This document shows, one piece after another, positions 1 through 11,676 of a stretch of 64,000 nucleotides of DNA. Position numbers and translations under genes: made by a program. The DNA lies in IMG/VR virus record IMGVR_UViG_2548876947_000004; one strand, written 5' to 3'. Source of the DNA: a virus. Taxonomy: Duplodnaviria; Heunggongvirae; Uroviricota; Caudoviricetes. Every line of letters begins with the position of its first letter. Within the stretch, counting starts at the first letter, position 1. The notes below the pieces were generated by a model, which did no database searches, was not told the DNA's origin, and saw nothing but the letters and a program-made list of their open reading frames with translations.

Positions 1-207
1 TGGCAGAACCGCATTAAATTTACACTGGACCATAACTTCAGCCTTACCAGCGTCAAATTTGCGGATGAATTGCTTGAGCAGAACTCTGATATTGATAGTG
101 AAGATGTAGCGCAGCGACTGGACGCAGATTTCTTCCTGTTGACCAGTGAAATTTCGTGCCTGGTTGATGCTCTGGTAAATGCCCTTGGTGGAGAGGCTAA
201 GCAGTGA
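1..207 (+). CDS. 3' end of upstream gene (hypothetical; position of hrdC in P1 by memory), partial
   Basis: Frame 1 is open from window start to TGA at 205-207, overlapping the dmt GTG start (GTGA). No motif recognised. Confidence 0.45.
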   Translation, partial: WQNRIKFTLDHNFSLTSVKFADELLEQNSDIDSEDVAQRLDADFFLLTSEISCLVDALVNALGGEAKQ

Positions 208-3200
208 AAGAGCTGTGCTATGGATCTGTTTGCAGTGGAATTGAAGCTGCGAGTATTGCTTGGGAACCTTTGGGTATGCGTCCGGCCTGGTTTGCTGAAA
301 TTGAGCCTTTTCCATCTGCCGTTCTTGCGCACCGTTGGCCTCATGTCGCCAATCTTGGCGACATGACAAAACTTGCCAAAAAAGTCCTGGCAGGGGAAAT
401 CGAATCCCCTGATGTGCTGGTGGGAGGGACACCATGTTTTGCCGCGGGCCATATGGTTCTTTGTAAAAATGGTTATAAACCAATAGAAGATGTTTGCCCA
501 GGCGATTACGTAGTCAGTCATCTCGGGCGGTTACAACAAGTAAAAAGAGTTGGTTCAAAAATAGCTAATACGGGGTTACTTAATGCCGTTGGGCAGCCTT
601 TAGGTATAAGAACAACCAATGACCATCCCTTCCTGGCGGTTCGGTGGAAAGCCCAAAACACCCGGAAAAATGGCACATATTTTAAGAGAGAGTTGTTGTC
701 TGAACCGGAATGGCGAGCAGCATGTGATATGCCGGGATATCAATGGTGTGCTCTAACTAATTTCAATATTGCATCTCCAGATATTTGTTCTCGGTTCTTG
801 TCTGAAGAACAGGCTATGTATCTTGCGGGCGCTTATGTTGGCGATGGATATATTAGGAGATGGAGAGGTAAATCTAAGAAGGCGGTTGTTTTTGGCATAA
901 ATTGCCAGAAATTGAGAAAGTTTCATTGCCGCATACCAGAAAACATATTTTCCGTGGCAAGCGAAATCCGAGGGAGCATCAAAGTAACCTTGAATGATAC
1001 GTGTTATGCCAATTGGCTTAATGAACATTTTGGCGAGTTAAGCCATGCTAAGCGTATCCCTGCATGGGTGATGTCGCATCCATTGCGTCATGTGTTTTTA
1101 CAAGGCTATCTTGATACTGATGGGACACCAAGTGGTAAAGCGGGATTTAGAATTAATAGTGTTAGTCCTGCGCTTGCTTGGGGCGTTGCGGAGTTGTCAC
1201 AGACTTGTGGTTATGTTTCTTCGGTCAGCTTTATTGAAGTTGAGCCCAAAAAAGTGATTGAGGATCGCGTGGTAAATCAACGGAATTATTATCAGGTAAC
1301 AATCTGCCCGCAGAAATTGTCACGTAAATCAAGATTGGCTCATGGAATGCTTTTACGAACAGTCAAAGAGTTTAAATCGGTAGGCCTAGATACTGTATAC
1401 AACATAGAAGTCGAAGGTGATCATTCCTATATCCTCAATGGTGCGGTGGTCCATAACTGTCAGGCATTCAGTATCGCTGGATTACGTGGTGGGCTTGATG
1501 ATGAGCGTGGCGCGCTAACTTTAAAGTATGTGGAGCTTGCAAATGCAATTGACGACAAACGGGCTGAGTCATTTCTCAAACCAGCCGTTATCGTCTGGGA
1601 AAATGTCCCAGGAGTCTTGTCATCGGCAGATAACGCCTTCGGATGTTTCCTTGCCGGATTGGCTGGAGAAGATGCGCCATTCGAACCAGGTGATCGACCT
1701 GAATCAGGAAAAAGTAACGCGTTCTGGCGGTGGGATGTCAAAACCGGTTGCCATGCTCCAAAGTGGCCGCAGTGTGGTTGTATTTATGGACCGCAGCGAA
1801 AAGTGGCCTGGAGAATCCTTGATGCCCAATACTTCGGAGTGGCACAACGACGCCGACGCGTGTTTGTTGTCGCAAGTGCTCGAACAGACCTCGATCCCGC
1901 AACGGTACTTTTTGAGTTCGAAGGCGTGCGCCGGAATATTGCGCCGAGCCGAAAAAAGAAGGAAATCGCTTCCGCCATTATTGCAAATGGCGCTGCAATC
2001 AGTGGCGAAAGCCTAAATCCATGCCTACACGCTGACATGCCACCCGGTATGAAATCGACGAAAGCCGTAAACGCTTTCAGGATGGCAGCATTTGGGGAAT
2101 ATATTGACGATGAAACCGCATCGACAGTAAAGGCAAGAGATTTTAAAAATGCCACTGATCTTGCCGTTTTTAGCAGCACAGGAGCAGGTTTTTGGTCAGA
2201 AGGGCATGGTACATTGCGGGCACGTGAGCAAGAAAGCCATGAGCATCTTGTTACATTGGCTTTTCCTGAGCGTATAAGCGGTACACAACATGCTGCAACT
2301 AAGAATACTTCACCATCTCTAATGGCTAAAAATCCAACAGCTGTTTGCTATGAAGTAAGAAACGCAGAAGTAGCTGTCCGCCGTCTTACCCCTGTCGAAT
2401 GTGAAAGGCTGCAAGGTTTTCCTGATGGGCATACGTTGATCCCTACGGAAAAGCGTAAAAAAGTTAATTCAGATGAACTGGCATATCTTCGCAATCACTA
2501 TCCAGATTTAAGCGAAGAAGAGGCCGCGATGCTTGCAGCTGACGGACCGCGTTACAAAGCGATCGGCAATAGTATGGCGATACCAGTAATGTGCTGGATT
2601 GGCGATCGGATTACTAAGGCCGTATGCCGGCAGAAAGAAGGAAGTGAAACAAAAGAGCGAAAAGTTAAACCAGCGGCAGAATTCGAACGGTCCATATTCA
2701 AATGGGCTGGTGGAAAATTTGGTGTTCTGGAACAAATCTTTCGCTATTTGCCAGAAGGGAAGCGCCTGATTGAACCTTTCGTTGGTGGCGGAGCTGTCTT
2801 CATGAATGCCGGATACCAGGAAAATCTGCTAAATGATGTGAATGCTGACCTGATTAACTTTTACAAGACTCTGCAACGCGAGGCGCATTCACTTATCACT
2901 CTGGCACATCGTTTCTTCCTGGACTACAACACCCAGGAGGGATTCCTGGCAGTACGGAATGCGTTTAACAAACAAGTCTATGATGATTTACATCGCGCAG
3001 CGGCGTTTTTGTTCCTGAACCGACATTGTTTTAATGGATTGACGCGCTACAACCAGGCCGGTGAGTTCAATGTCGGTTATGGGAAGTATAAAACTCCGTA
3101 TTTCCCATTACAGGAGATGGAAGCCTTCCTCGGTGCGGAAGGGCGGTCTGAGTTTGTATGCGGTGATTTTGCAGCAGTGATTGAAGCTGCCGGAGAAGGA

Positions 3201-3491
3201 GATGTCATCTTTTGCGATCCGCCGTATGAACCGCTCCCCAATACAGAGGGGTTCACGAACTATTCCGGTCATGACTTTAAGTTTGAAGAGCAAAAACGCC
3301 TGGTGTCTCTGTTGACGGATGCTCATCGCCGAGGTGCAAAGGTACTCATTACTAACAGTGGCGCGCCAAACATCAGAGAGCTTTATCAGGACAGTGGCTT
3401 CAGAGTGGAACCTCTCTTTGCCAGACGTTCTGTGTCTTGTAAGGGAGACACTCGTGGTGTTGCTCATGACGTTATGGCAATATTGCTCTAA
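204..3491 (+). CDS. dmt: Bifunctional DNA methyltransferase (N-terminal C5-cytosine MTase fused to C-terminal Dam-like N6-adenine MTase), interrupted by an intein
   Basis: C5-MTase motifs: GGTPC...QAFSIAG (PCQ split by intein), ENVPG, QRRRRVFVV, GNS. Dam-like motifs: KWAGGK, FVGGGAV, DPPY. GTG start. Extein parts sum to 754 aa. Confidence 0.9.
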   Translation: MKELCYGSVCSGIEAASIAWEPLGMRPAWFAEIEPFPSAVLAHRWPHVANLGDMTKLAKKVLAGEIESPDVLVGGTPCFAAGHMVLCKNGYKPIEDVCPGDYVVSHLGRLQQVKRVGSKIANTGLLNAVGQPLGIRTTNDHPFLAVRWKAQNTRKNGTYFKRELLSEPEWRAACDMPGYQWCALTNFNIASPDICSRFLSEEQAMYLAGAYVGDGYIRRWRGKSKKAVVFGINCQKLRKFHCRIPENIFSVASEIRGSIKVTLNDTCYANWLNEHFGELSHAKRIPAWVMSHPLRHVFLQGYLDTDGTPSGKAGFRINSVSPALAWGVAELSQTCGYVSSVSFIEVEPKKVIEDRVVNQRNYYQVTICPQKLSRKSRLAHGMLLRTVKEFKSVGLDTVYNIEVEGDHSYILNGAVVHNCQAFSIAGLRGGLDDERGALTLKYVELANAIDDKRAESFLKPAVIVWENVPGVLSSADNAFGCFLAGLAGEDAPFEPGDRPESGKSNAFWRWDVKTGCHAPKWPQCGCIYGPQRKVAWRILDAQYFGVAQRRRRVFVVASARTDLDPATVLFEFEGVRRNIAPSRKKKEIASAIIANGAAISGESLNPCLHADMPPGMKSTKAVNAFRMAAFGEYIDDETASTVKARDFKNATDLAVFSSTGAGFWSEGHGTLRAREQESHEHLVTLAFPERISGTQHAATKNTSPSLMAKNPTAVCYEVRNAEVAVRRLTPVECERLQGFPDGHTLIPTEKRKKVNSDELAYLRNHYPDLSEEEAAMLAADGPRYKAIGNSMAIPVMCWIGDRITKAVCRQKEGSETKERKVKPAAEFERSIFKWAGGKFGVLEQIFRYLPEGKRLIEPFVGGGAVFMNAGYQENLLNDVNADLINFYKTLQREAHSLITLAHRFFLDYNTQEGFLAVRNAFNKQVYDDLHRAAAFLFLNRHCFNGLTRYNQAGEFNVGYGKYKTPYFPLQEMEAFLGAEGRSEFVCGDFAAVIEAAGEGDVIFCDPPYEPLPNTEGFTNYSGHDFKFEEQKRLVSLLTDAHRRGAKVLITNSGAPNIRELYQDSGFRVEPLFARRSVSCKGDTRGVAHDVMAILL
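435..1457 (+). mobile_element. Intein (341 aa) with LAGLIDADG homing-endonuclease domain, in frame within dmt
   Basis: Starts CFAAGHMVL (Hint block A), TTNDHPF (block B), LAGLIDADG-type YLAGAYVGDGY and FLQGYLDTDGT, ends VVHN followed by +1 Cys; splicing would restore GGTP-CQAFS. Confidence 0.85.
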
Positions 3492-3509
3492 TAAATTTAT
3501 TAGTGTAAT
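3482..3509. promoter_or_regulatory. C1 repressor operator pair (overlapping inverted copies) spanning the dmt stop codon
   Basis: 3482-3498 ATTGCTCTAATAAATTT is 17/17 to the P1 C1 operator consensus; 3493-3509 is a 15/17 inverted copy. Confidence 0.7.
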
Positions 3510-3675
3510 ATCGCCTCAATGAATCGTGATTTATAGAGCGATTTAGCTGTTAGCCGCGACAGGCGCGGCGGCAAGTATGGCGGGGTAGTGACTCCTTCCC
3601 CCTCATGACGCCGAGTTGCCAGGTTGACCATACGCCTAAGTGGCAACACCGAAGTGCGTTACGAGCTTCCAGTTT

Positions 3676-3701
3676 GCCCATCTTCGGGTGGGCGTTTTTT
3701 T
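3676..3701 (+). terminator. Rho-independent terminator
   Basis: 7-bp GC-rich stem (GCCCATC/GGTGGGC) with TTCG loop followed by GTTTTTTT. Confidence 0.6.
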
Positions 3702-4166
3702 CAGGGTTTTCGTCATGGTTAGCGACTTTGCGGCGGTTTAGAAACTGACCATTAAAGTAAATGCAAACGATGATCTGATGATGGTAGCGGCCTAAGAAGC
3801 CAGATGCCACGGGGTATGAGTCGTCACCCGTCAAAAAATCGACCGCAGAGTGTCCCCGTCTGTGTATTAGGGAACGGGGAGGCACAACAGGTAAGGGCGC
3901 TGGTGTGATTAACCAGATGAACGAGAAGGGGCCATCTGTTGGTCAGCGTCCTTTCCTGTTGCGTCTTCTTTTCAGCGTAACAGCGGTGCTTAACAGCACT
4001 TTGGGTACAGTTCCACGAATTTACGGGTATATCCCGTCATGCTGAAGGCGCTAATCACGCTGGAAGCCAGGGTTATGCATCCCCTGTTACCGAATTGCAG
4101 TCAGGGCGCGGTGCGCCGAAAAGCATACGGAGGTGGAAGCCCTCGCCGGAGACGTACCCGGCAAGT

Positions 4167-4242
4167 GATGGTGTAGCTCAGTGGTTAGAGCGGTTGACTG
4201 TTAATCAACGGGTCGATGGTTCAAATCCATCCACCATCGCCA
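4167..4242 (+). tRNA. tRNA-Asn (anticodon GUU), with CCA
   Basis: Acceptor stem GATGGTG/CACCATC, D-arm AGCTCAGTGGTTAGAGC, anticodon loop CTGTTAA, T-loop GGTTCAAATCC, 3' GCCA. Confidence 0.9.
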
Positions 4243-4244
4243 AT

Positions 4245-4320
4245 GCCGGTTTAGCTCAGTTGGTAGAGCGCCTGCCTTGTAAGCAGGATGTCAGCGGTTC
4301 GAGTCCGTTAACCGGCACCA
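4245..4320 (+). tRNA. tRNA-Thr (anticodon UGU), with CCA
   Basis: Acceptor stem GCCGGTT/AACCGGC, anticodon stem-loop CCTGC-CTTGTAA-GCAGG, T-loop GGTTCGAGTCC, 3' ACCA. Starts 2 nt after tRNA-Asn. Confidence 0.9.
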
Positions 4321-4569
4321 ACACAACAGGTAAGGGTATTTTGCGACGTCGGAGATCGCCGTGCTTGGCAGAGGGTTCGAATCCCTACGAAGTACCCTTA
4401 CCGTTGTGATGAAGTGCAGCTCTTTGAAGCAACCAGAAGATAAGCATCTGGCTTCACAACATAAACCGCAGGAACGACCAATAAACGGTAGTCCGTATGG
4501 AGAACACCCCGTTGAGGAAGAGGCCTGGCCGGAACCGTAACCGGCACTACAACGTTGAGAACACTGGCG

Positions 4570-4594
4570 TAACGGGGTCATATCCCAATCTACG
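4570..4594 (+). repeat. Direct repeat copy 1 (GTAACGGGGTCATATCCCAATCTAC)
   Basis: Exact 25-nt match to 4848-4872; both followed within about 60 nt by GTTGCG and GGTGAATGC. Function unknown. Confidence 0.6.
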
Positions 4595-4847
4595 AATAAA
4601 TGTTGCGTTGCAGCGTGACAACCAGTGTTCTCAACATTGTGGTGAATGCACAGGCTGATGTGCCGCAACTACAGTAGCGCGCGCTTTGTGGGGCTTGCTA
4701 CAACCCTGTGTCGGAGTTCAGCACCGACCATCACAGTTTGATTCTCTGGCATGAGCATAACGCTGAAATAAGTCCAGTCTGGTGCGGTCTGATCACCTGC
4801 CGTTAGCTCCACGAAACGGAGCACGTAACAGGTAAGAGCATTCTCCT

Positions 4848-4872
4848 GTAACGGGGTCATATCCCAATCTAC
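4848..4872 (+). repeat. Direct repeat copy 2 (GTAACGGGGTCATATCCCAATCTAC)
   Basis: Exact 25-nt match to 4570-4594 in the ORF-poor region after the tRNA pair. Confidence 0.6.
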
Positions 4873-5055
4873 AGGTCCACCAAGAATGCTCTTTCCGTTG
4901 CGGTGAATGCGGCTAAGCGCATGCGGGGAAATGGTTATATCTGTCCATTATTTCTCCTTGTTTCCCCGCCCACGGTGGATAACCAGCCAAAGGACACTGG
5001 GAGGCACCCGGCACCGCAATCTAATAAATATGTCACTTTTATTGAGGGATAACCA

Positions 5056-5490
5056 ATGTTCGGTAAATTGTTCGGCAAGAAAGTTGCTTCTGCAAAAGTA
5101 GAGCTGAAAAAAGTTGAGAATCGCGATCTGATGGAGGCCATTATCGGTGGCTGTTTGTTGGTGTCTGCCGCTGATGGTGAAATCGAAAAAGAAGAAACAG
5201 CGAAACTTGATCAGCTTGTCCGCTCTAATCCGCGTCTTAGTCATTTTGGTAACGAAATTACTGCAACAATTACCCGCTTTACCGAGCAACTGGAAGCTGG
5301 CTTCCGTGTTGGTCGCATGAATATCCTTCGCGAAATTGAAGATATCAAAAACGATCCAAAAGAAGCGGAAGAAGTATTCGTTAACATGCTGACAATTGCA
5401 GAAGCGGACGGTGAAATCGAGCCAGCAGAACACAAAGTACTGGAAGAAGTAGGCCGTCGTTTAGGTCTTCGTGTGGAAGATTATCTGTAA
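5056..5490 (+). CDS. tciA: TerB-like tellurite-resistance family protein
   Basis: 144 aa with paired ADGE-I-E motifs typical of TerB; located where P1 has tciA (memory). Confidence 0.75.
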   Translation: MFGKLFGKKVASAKVELKKVENRDLMEAIIGGCLLVSAADGEIEKEETAKLDQLVRSNPRLSHFGNEITATITRFTEQLEAGFRVGRMNILREIEDIKNDPKEAEEVFVNMLTIAEADGEIEPAEHKVLEEVGRRLGLRVEDYL

Positions 5491-5654
5491 TGGCAAGCAA
5501 GGCACGTATCGCAATCGCCATTGGTTTTCTCTTGCTGTCCGTGCTGGTGGATTTCACCAGCACAATCCTGTCAGTTTTATCGGACGGGGCGTTGGTGGCA
5601 GTAGCTGTAACATTGGTATGGCCGATATTTAAAACAGCTTCGAAGGATCAGTGA
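5490..5654 (+). CDS. Small membrane protein (54 aa), translationally coupled to upstream gene
   Basis: ATG overlaps upstream stop (TAATG); hydrophobic IAIAIGFLLLSVLV segment; hand-translated, below the ORF-track cutoff. Confidence 0.45.
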   Translation: MASKARIAIAIGFLLLSVLVDFTSTILSVLSDGALVAVAVTLVWPIFKTASKDQ

Positions 5655-5761
5655 TGGGCTTCTGGGATTTTGCTGACAAGTATCCAATTGTTCTCATTAT
5701 TATTGTTGCCATAGTTGTAGGCGGCATTGTTAGCGCCATTGAAGCACTTAGTAAACAGTAA
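5654..5761 (+). CDS. Small membrane protein (35 aa), translationally coupled
   Basis: TGATG overlap with upstream gene; single hydrophobic helix PIVLIIIVAIVVGGIV; hand-translated. Confidence 0.4.
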   Translation: MGFWDFADKYPIVLIIIVAIVVGGIVSAIEALSKQ

Positions 5762-5764
5762 TCC

Positions 5765-5840
5765 GGCCCCTTAGCTCAGTGGTTAGAGCTGGCGACTCAT
5801 AATCGCACGGTCACCGGTTCAAGTCCGGTAGGGGCCACCA
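5765..5840 (+). tRNA. tRNA with anticodon CAU (Ile2-like, ileX-type; could be Met), with CCA
   Basis: Near-identical in acceptor, D and anticodon arms to the enterobacterial ileX tRNA as recalled; anticodon loop CTCATAA; acceptor GGCCCCT/AGGGGCC. Confidence 0.85.
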
Positions 5841-6120
5841 TATTTGGTTGTAACACGGCGTCTGGCACATGCGTCGTTAGCGGTCTGGTGACGTTAAAGG
5901 GGTAACCTTTCCCCTAGCTCAGGCAACAAACCAGGTAGCCGGAATGTGCAAGCCCCGTTCATAGCGTCGGACTGCGGATTCACCATCTTGGCGATTCGGT
6001 GTGACAGCCGGGAAGAGTCCGGCGAATTAATCCTGATTTTCTGGTGATGACTCATATCGTTAGGAGTGATTTGAGTATGCCGATTATATCTGACATTCAG
6101 CACGCCTGGGTGGAGTGCTA

Positions 6121-7485
6121 ATGTCTGCATCCCCTCTTGAATCCATGCCAAATTCCCTTAGTGCAGAACAAGCTGTACTTGGTGGCTTAATGCTTGATAA
6201 CTGCCGCTGGGATGAAGTGGCAGATCGTATAGTTGCTGATGATTTTTATACCAGTGCTCATCGTGAAATTTTCAGTGAGATGGAGAGGTTATTAAGTCAT
6301 GGCAAACCGATTGATTTGATAACACTTGCTGAAGCACTTGAACAGAACGGTAAATTAGAACGCGCTGGTGGTTTTGCGTACCTTGCGGAGATGTCAAAGA
6401 ACACGCCCAGCGCGGCAAATATCTGTGCTTATGCGGATATCGTTCGTGAACGCGCGGTTGTTCGTGAAATGATTTCCGTCGCAAATGAAATAGCTGAAGC
6501 TGGATATGCGCAGGATGGCCGGGGCAGCAATGAATTGATGGATATGGCCGAGCGCCGCGTTTTTGAAATAGCTGAAAAACGACAAAAGAGCGGTAGTGGT
6601 CCAAAAGATATCGCCAGCATTCTCGATGCAACGGTATCTCGCATAGAAGAGTTGTTTCAGCGACCGCATGATGGTGTAACGGGGCTTGATACCGGATTTA
6701 CCGATCTCAATAAGAAGACGGCAGGACTTCAGCCGTCCGATCTCATTATTGTCGCCGCCCGCCCATCGATGGGGAAGACCACGTTTGCGATGAATCTCGT
6801 CGAAAATGCCGCAGTTCGTAACGATAAGCCCGTATTGGTTTTTAGCCTTGAGATGCCGAGCCACCAGCTGATGATGCGCTCACTGGCTTCTCTTGCACGC
6901 GTTGATCAGACTCGTATTCGAACAGGGCAACTTAACGACGAGGATTGGGCGCGGGTTTCTGGCGCAATGGGGATTCTGTTGGACAAGCAGAATATTTTTA
7001 TTGATGACTCAAGCGCCCTGACACCTACAGAGCTTCGTTCCCGCGCTCGTCGTGTTTATAAAGAAAATGGTGGTTTGAGCATGATTATGATCGACTACCT
7101 GCAACTTATGCGCGTCCCCGAGCTGCAAGATAACCGAACGCTGGAAATTGCCGAGATTTCTCGCTCACTGAAGGCGTTGGCGAAGGAATTACAAGTACCG
7201 GTGGTGGCATTGTCACAACTTAATCGATCGCTTGAACAGCGTGCGGACAAACGACCGGTAAATTCAGATTTACGTGAATCAGGAGCTATTGAGCAGGACG
7301 CAGACCTGATCATGTTTCTGTATCGCGACGAAGTTTATCACCCGGATAGCGAAATGAAGGGCATTGCCGAGGTAATTATCGGAAAGCAACGAAATGGCCC
7401 AATTGGCACGGTGAGATTGGCTTTTAACGGCCAATACTCACGGTTTGATAACTATGCCGGTGCTGACTGGCAAGAGGATTATTAA
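6121..7485 (+). CDS. ban: Replicative DNA helicase, DnaB family
   Basis: DnaB N-terminal domain (SAEQAVLGGLMLD), Walker A GKTTF, Walker B IMIDYLQLM, arginine-finger region; ATG at 6121 preferred over GTG 6115. Confidence 0.93.
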   Translation: MSASPLESMPNSLSAEQAVLGGLMLDNCRWDEVADRIVADDFYTSAHREIFSEMERLLSHGKPIDLITLAEALEQNGKLERAGGFAYLAEMSKNTPSAANICAYADIVRERAVVREMISVANEIAEAGYAQDGRGSNELMDMAERRVFEIAEKRQKSGSGPKDIASILDATVSRIEELFQRPHDGVTGLDTGFTDLNKKTAGLQPSDLIIVAARPSMGKTTFAMNLVENAAVRNDKPVLVFSLEMPSHQLMMRSLASLARVDQTRIRTGQLNDEDWARVSGAMGILLDKQNIFIDDSSALTPTELRSRARRVYKENGGLSMIMIDYLQLMRVPELQDNRTLEIAEISRSLKALAKELQVPVVALSQLNRSLEQRADKRPVNSDLRESGAIEQDADLIMFLYRDEVYHPDSEMKGIAEVIIGKQRNGPIGTVRLAFNGQYSRFDNYAGADWQEDY

Positions 7486-8483
7486 TGCAATGGAATGAGG
7501 AAAAGCCGATGAACATCCTGATCATTGGGCGAAAATTTGAAGCCATCAGTGATGTGAAAACATATACGGAAATGTGGGCTTATAACCTGGCCTGCGCCTT
7601 TAGTGAGGCAGGGGTAACATTGCAATACCATCGTCCATATTCCCCCGGCGTCGAAAGCCCGGAGGATTATGTTGAAGCTGTGTTGACCGCTGCGACCTCG
7701 TGTTCTGCGAAAGCCATTTTAGCGCCAGGATTGCGGTATTTTACTACGGTGCCCAGGGAAATAGGCGTGCAACTGCGTCGTCGATTCACTGGATGGGTAG
7801 CCCAGGTATACGACGGTTCTATGCTGGATTCGGCACCAGTCGATATTACTTTTACTGTCCGCGATGATACCTGGCGGTACCTGGATAATCCAGGCAGGTT
7901 AGAGCGTCATAATCGCTTTAACAAACATGTTGGATGGGCAGCGAATCAGGATCTGTTCCATCTGGAAACCAAAACAGACGATGTTCTGCGTATTTTTGTA
8001 GACCACGCTGCATTTGATGTTAGTGGGTTTGATCACTCCTTAAGTATCCTTATGAACCTTCAGCGTCTGACCGTTCCGTATGAGGCCAGAACGTTGACCG
8101 ATGACGGATTGATTACCATTGATCCGGGGAATATATCGGTAACCCCATACAGACGGACGCCGGTACCAGCAACCGAATTTGCAGCTGAATTGCGTAAGAG
8201 TGACGTGTTTATCGTTACGCATCCCGAAAGCCTTGGATTAACTGTACTTGAGGCGGCAATGTGCGGGGCGTTGGTATTAACGCCTCCCGATTGCCTTCCG
8301 CCAGATCGCCTGGCTTTGGTGAACCATATGGTTATCAAGTCGCGGATTGATTGGGATGAGGTTATTGCTCGCGTTGATCGCGTGAAAAATGCTGAAAAGG
8401 TCCAGTGTCACACCTGGTCGGCAATTGCGGAAAAGATGCTTGAGACGTTTATCACGCAGAAACCGTCGCGCGGTAACGGATAA
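7485..8483 (+). CDS. Hypothetical protein, possibly glycosyltransferase-like (position of dbn)
   Basis: 332-aa ORF coupled to ban stop (TAATG); C-terminal region weakly resembles GT-B fold proteins; not firmly recognised. Confidence 0.55.
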   Translation: MQWNEEKPMNILIIGRKFEAISDVKTYTEMWAYNLACAFSEAGVTLQYHRPYSPGVESPEDYVEAVLTAATSCSAKAILAPGLRYFTTVPREIGVQLRRRFTGWVAQVYDGSMLDSAPVDITFTVRDDTWRYLDNPGRLERHNRFNKHVGWAANQDLFHLETKTDDVLRIFVDHAAFDVSGFDHSLSILMNLQRLTVPYEARTLTDDGLITIDPGNISVTPYRRTPVPATEFAAELRKSDVFIVTHPESLGLTVLEAAMCGALVLTPPDCLPPDRLALVNHMVIKSRIDWDEVIARVDRVKNAEKVQCHTWSAIAEKMLETFITQKPSRGNG

Positions 8484-8508
8484 AAAATTGAACCCGTCAT
8501 AACAGAAA

Positions 8509-8529
8509 AGCCCGAACGCCGGGCTTTTC
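8509..8529. terminator. Bidirectional rho-independent terminator between convergent genes
   Basis: AGCCCG-AACGC-CGGGCT hairpin flanked by an A-run upstream and TTTTCTT downstream. Confidence 0.6.

Positions 8530-11676
<3,147 letters not shown>

Noticed and set aside
753-2179. Antisense and out-of-frame ORFs inside dmt (753-1028, 1460-1741, 1528-2016, 1784-2179)
   Set aside because: Fully embedded in a motif-supported long CDS; no start signals.
4329-4403. Possible third tRNA after tRNA-Thr (10-bp inverted repeat around a TTCGAAT T-loop-like element)
   Set aside because: No canonical acceptor/D/anticodon arms can be drawn; the 3' strand after the T-arm does not pair with the 5' end. Kept only as an unexplained structured element.
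4095-4409. 104-aa ORF on the plus strand
   Set aside because: It reads straight through the tRNA-Asn and tRNA-Thr genes; the cloverleaf structures explain the sequence.
5015-5031. C1 operator upstream of tciA
   Set aside because: Only 11/17 match to the consensus (core CTAATAAAT only); below the threshold used for the other sites.
3499-5055. CRISPR array or retron in the repeat-containing noncoding region
   Set aside because: Only two copies of the 25-nt repeat with a 278-bp gap and no regular repeat-spacer pattern; no reverse transcriptase or cas genes nearby.
6272-6864. Antisense ORFs (119, 156 and 71 aa) within ban
   Set aside because: Opposite strand of the DnaB-family helicase gene; no support.
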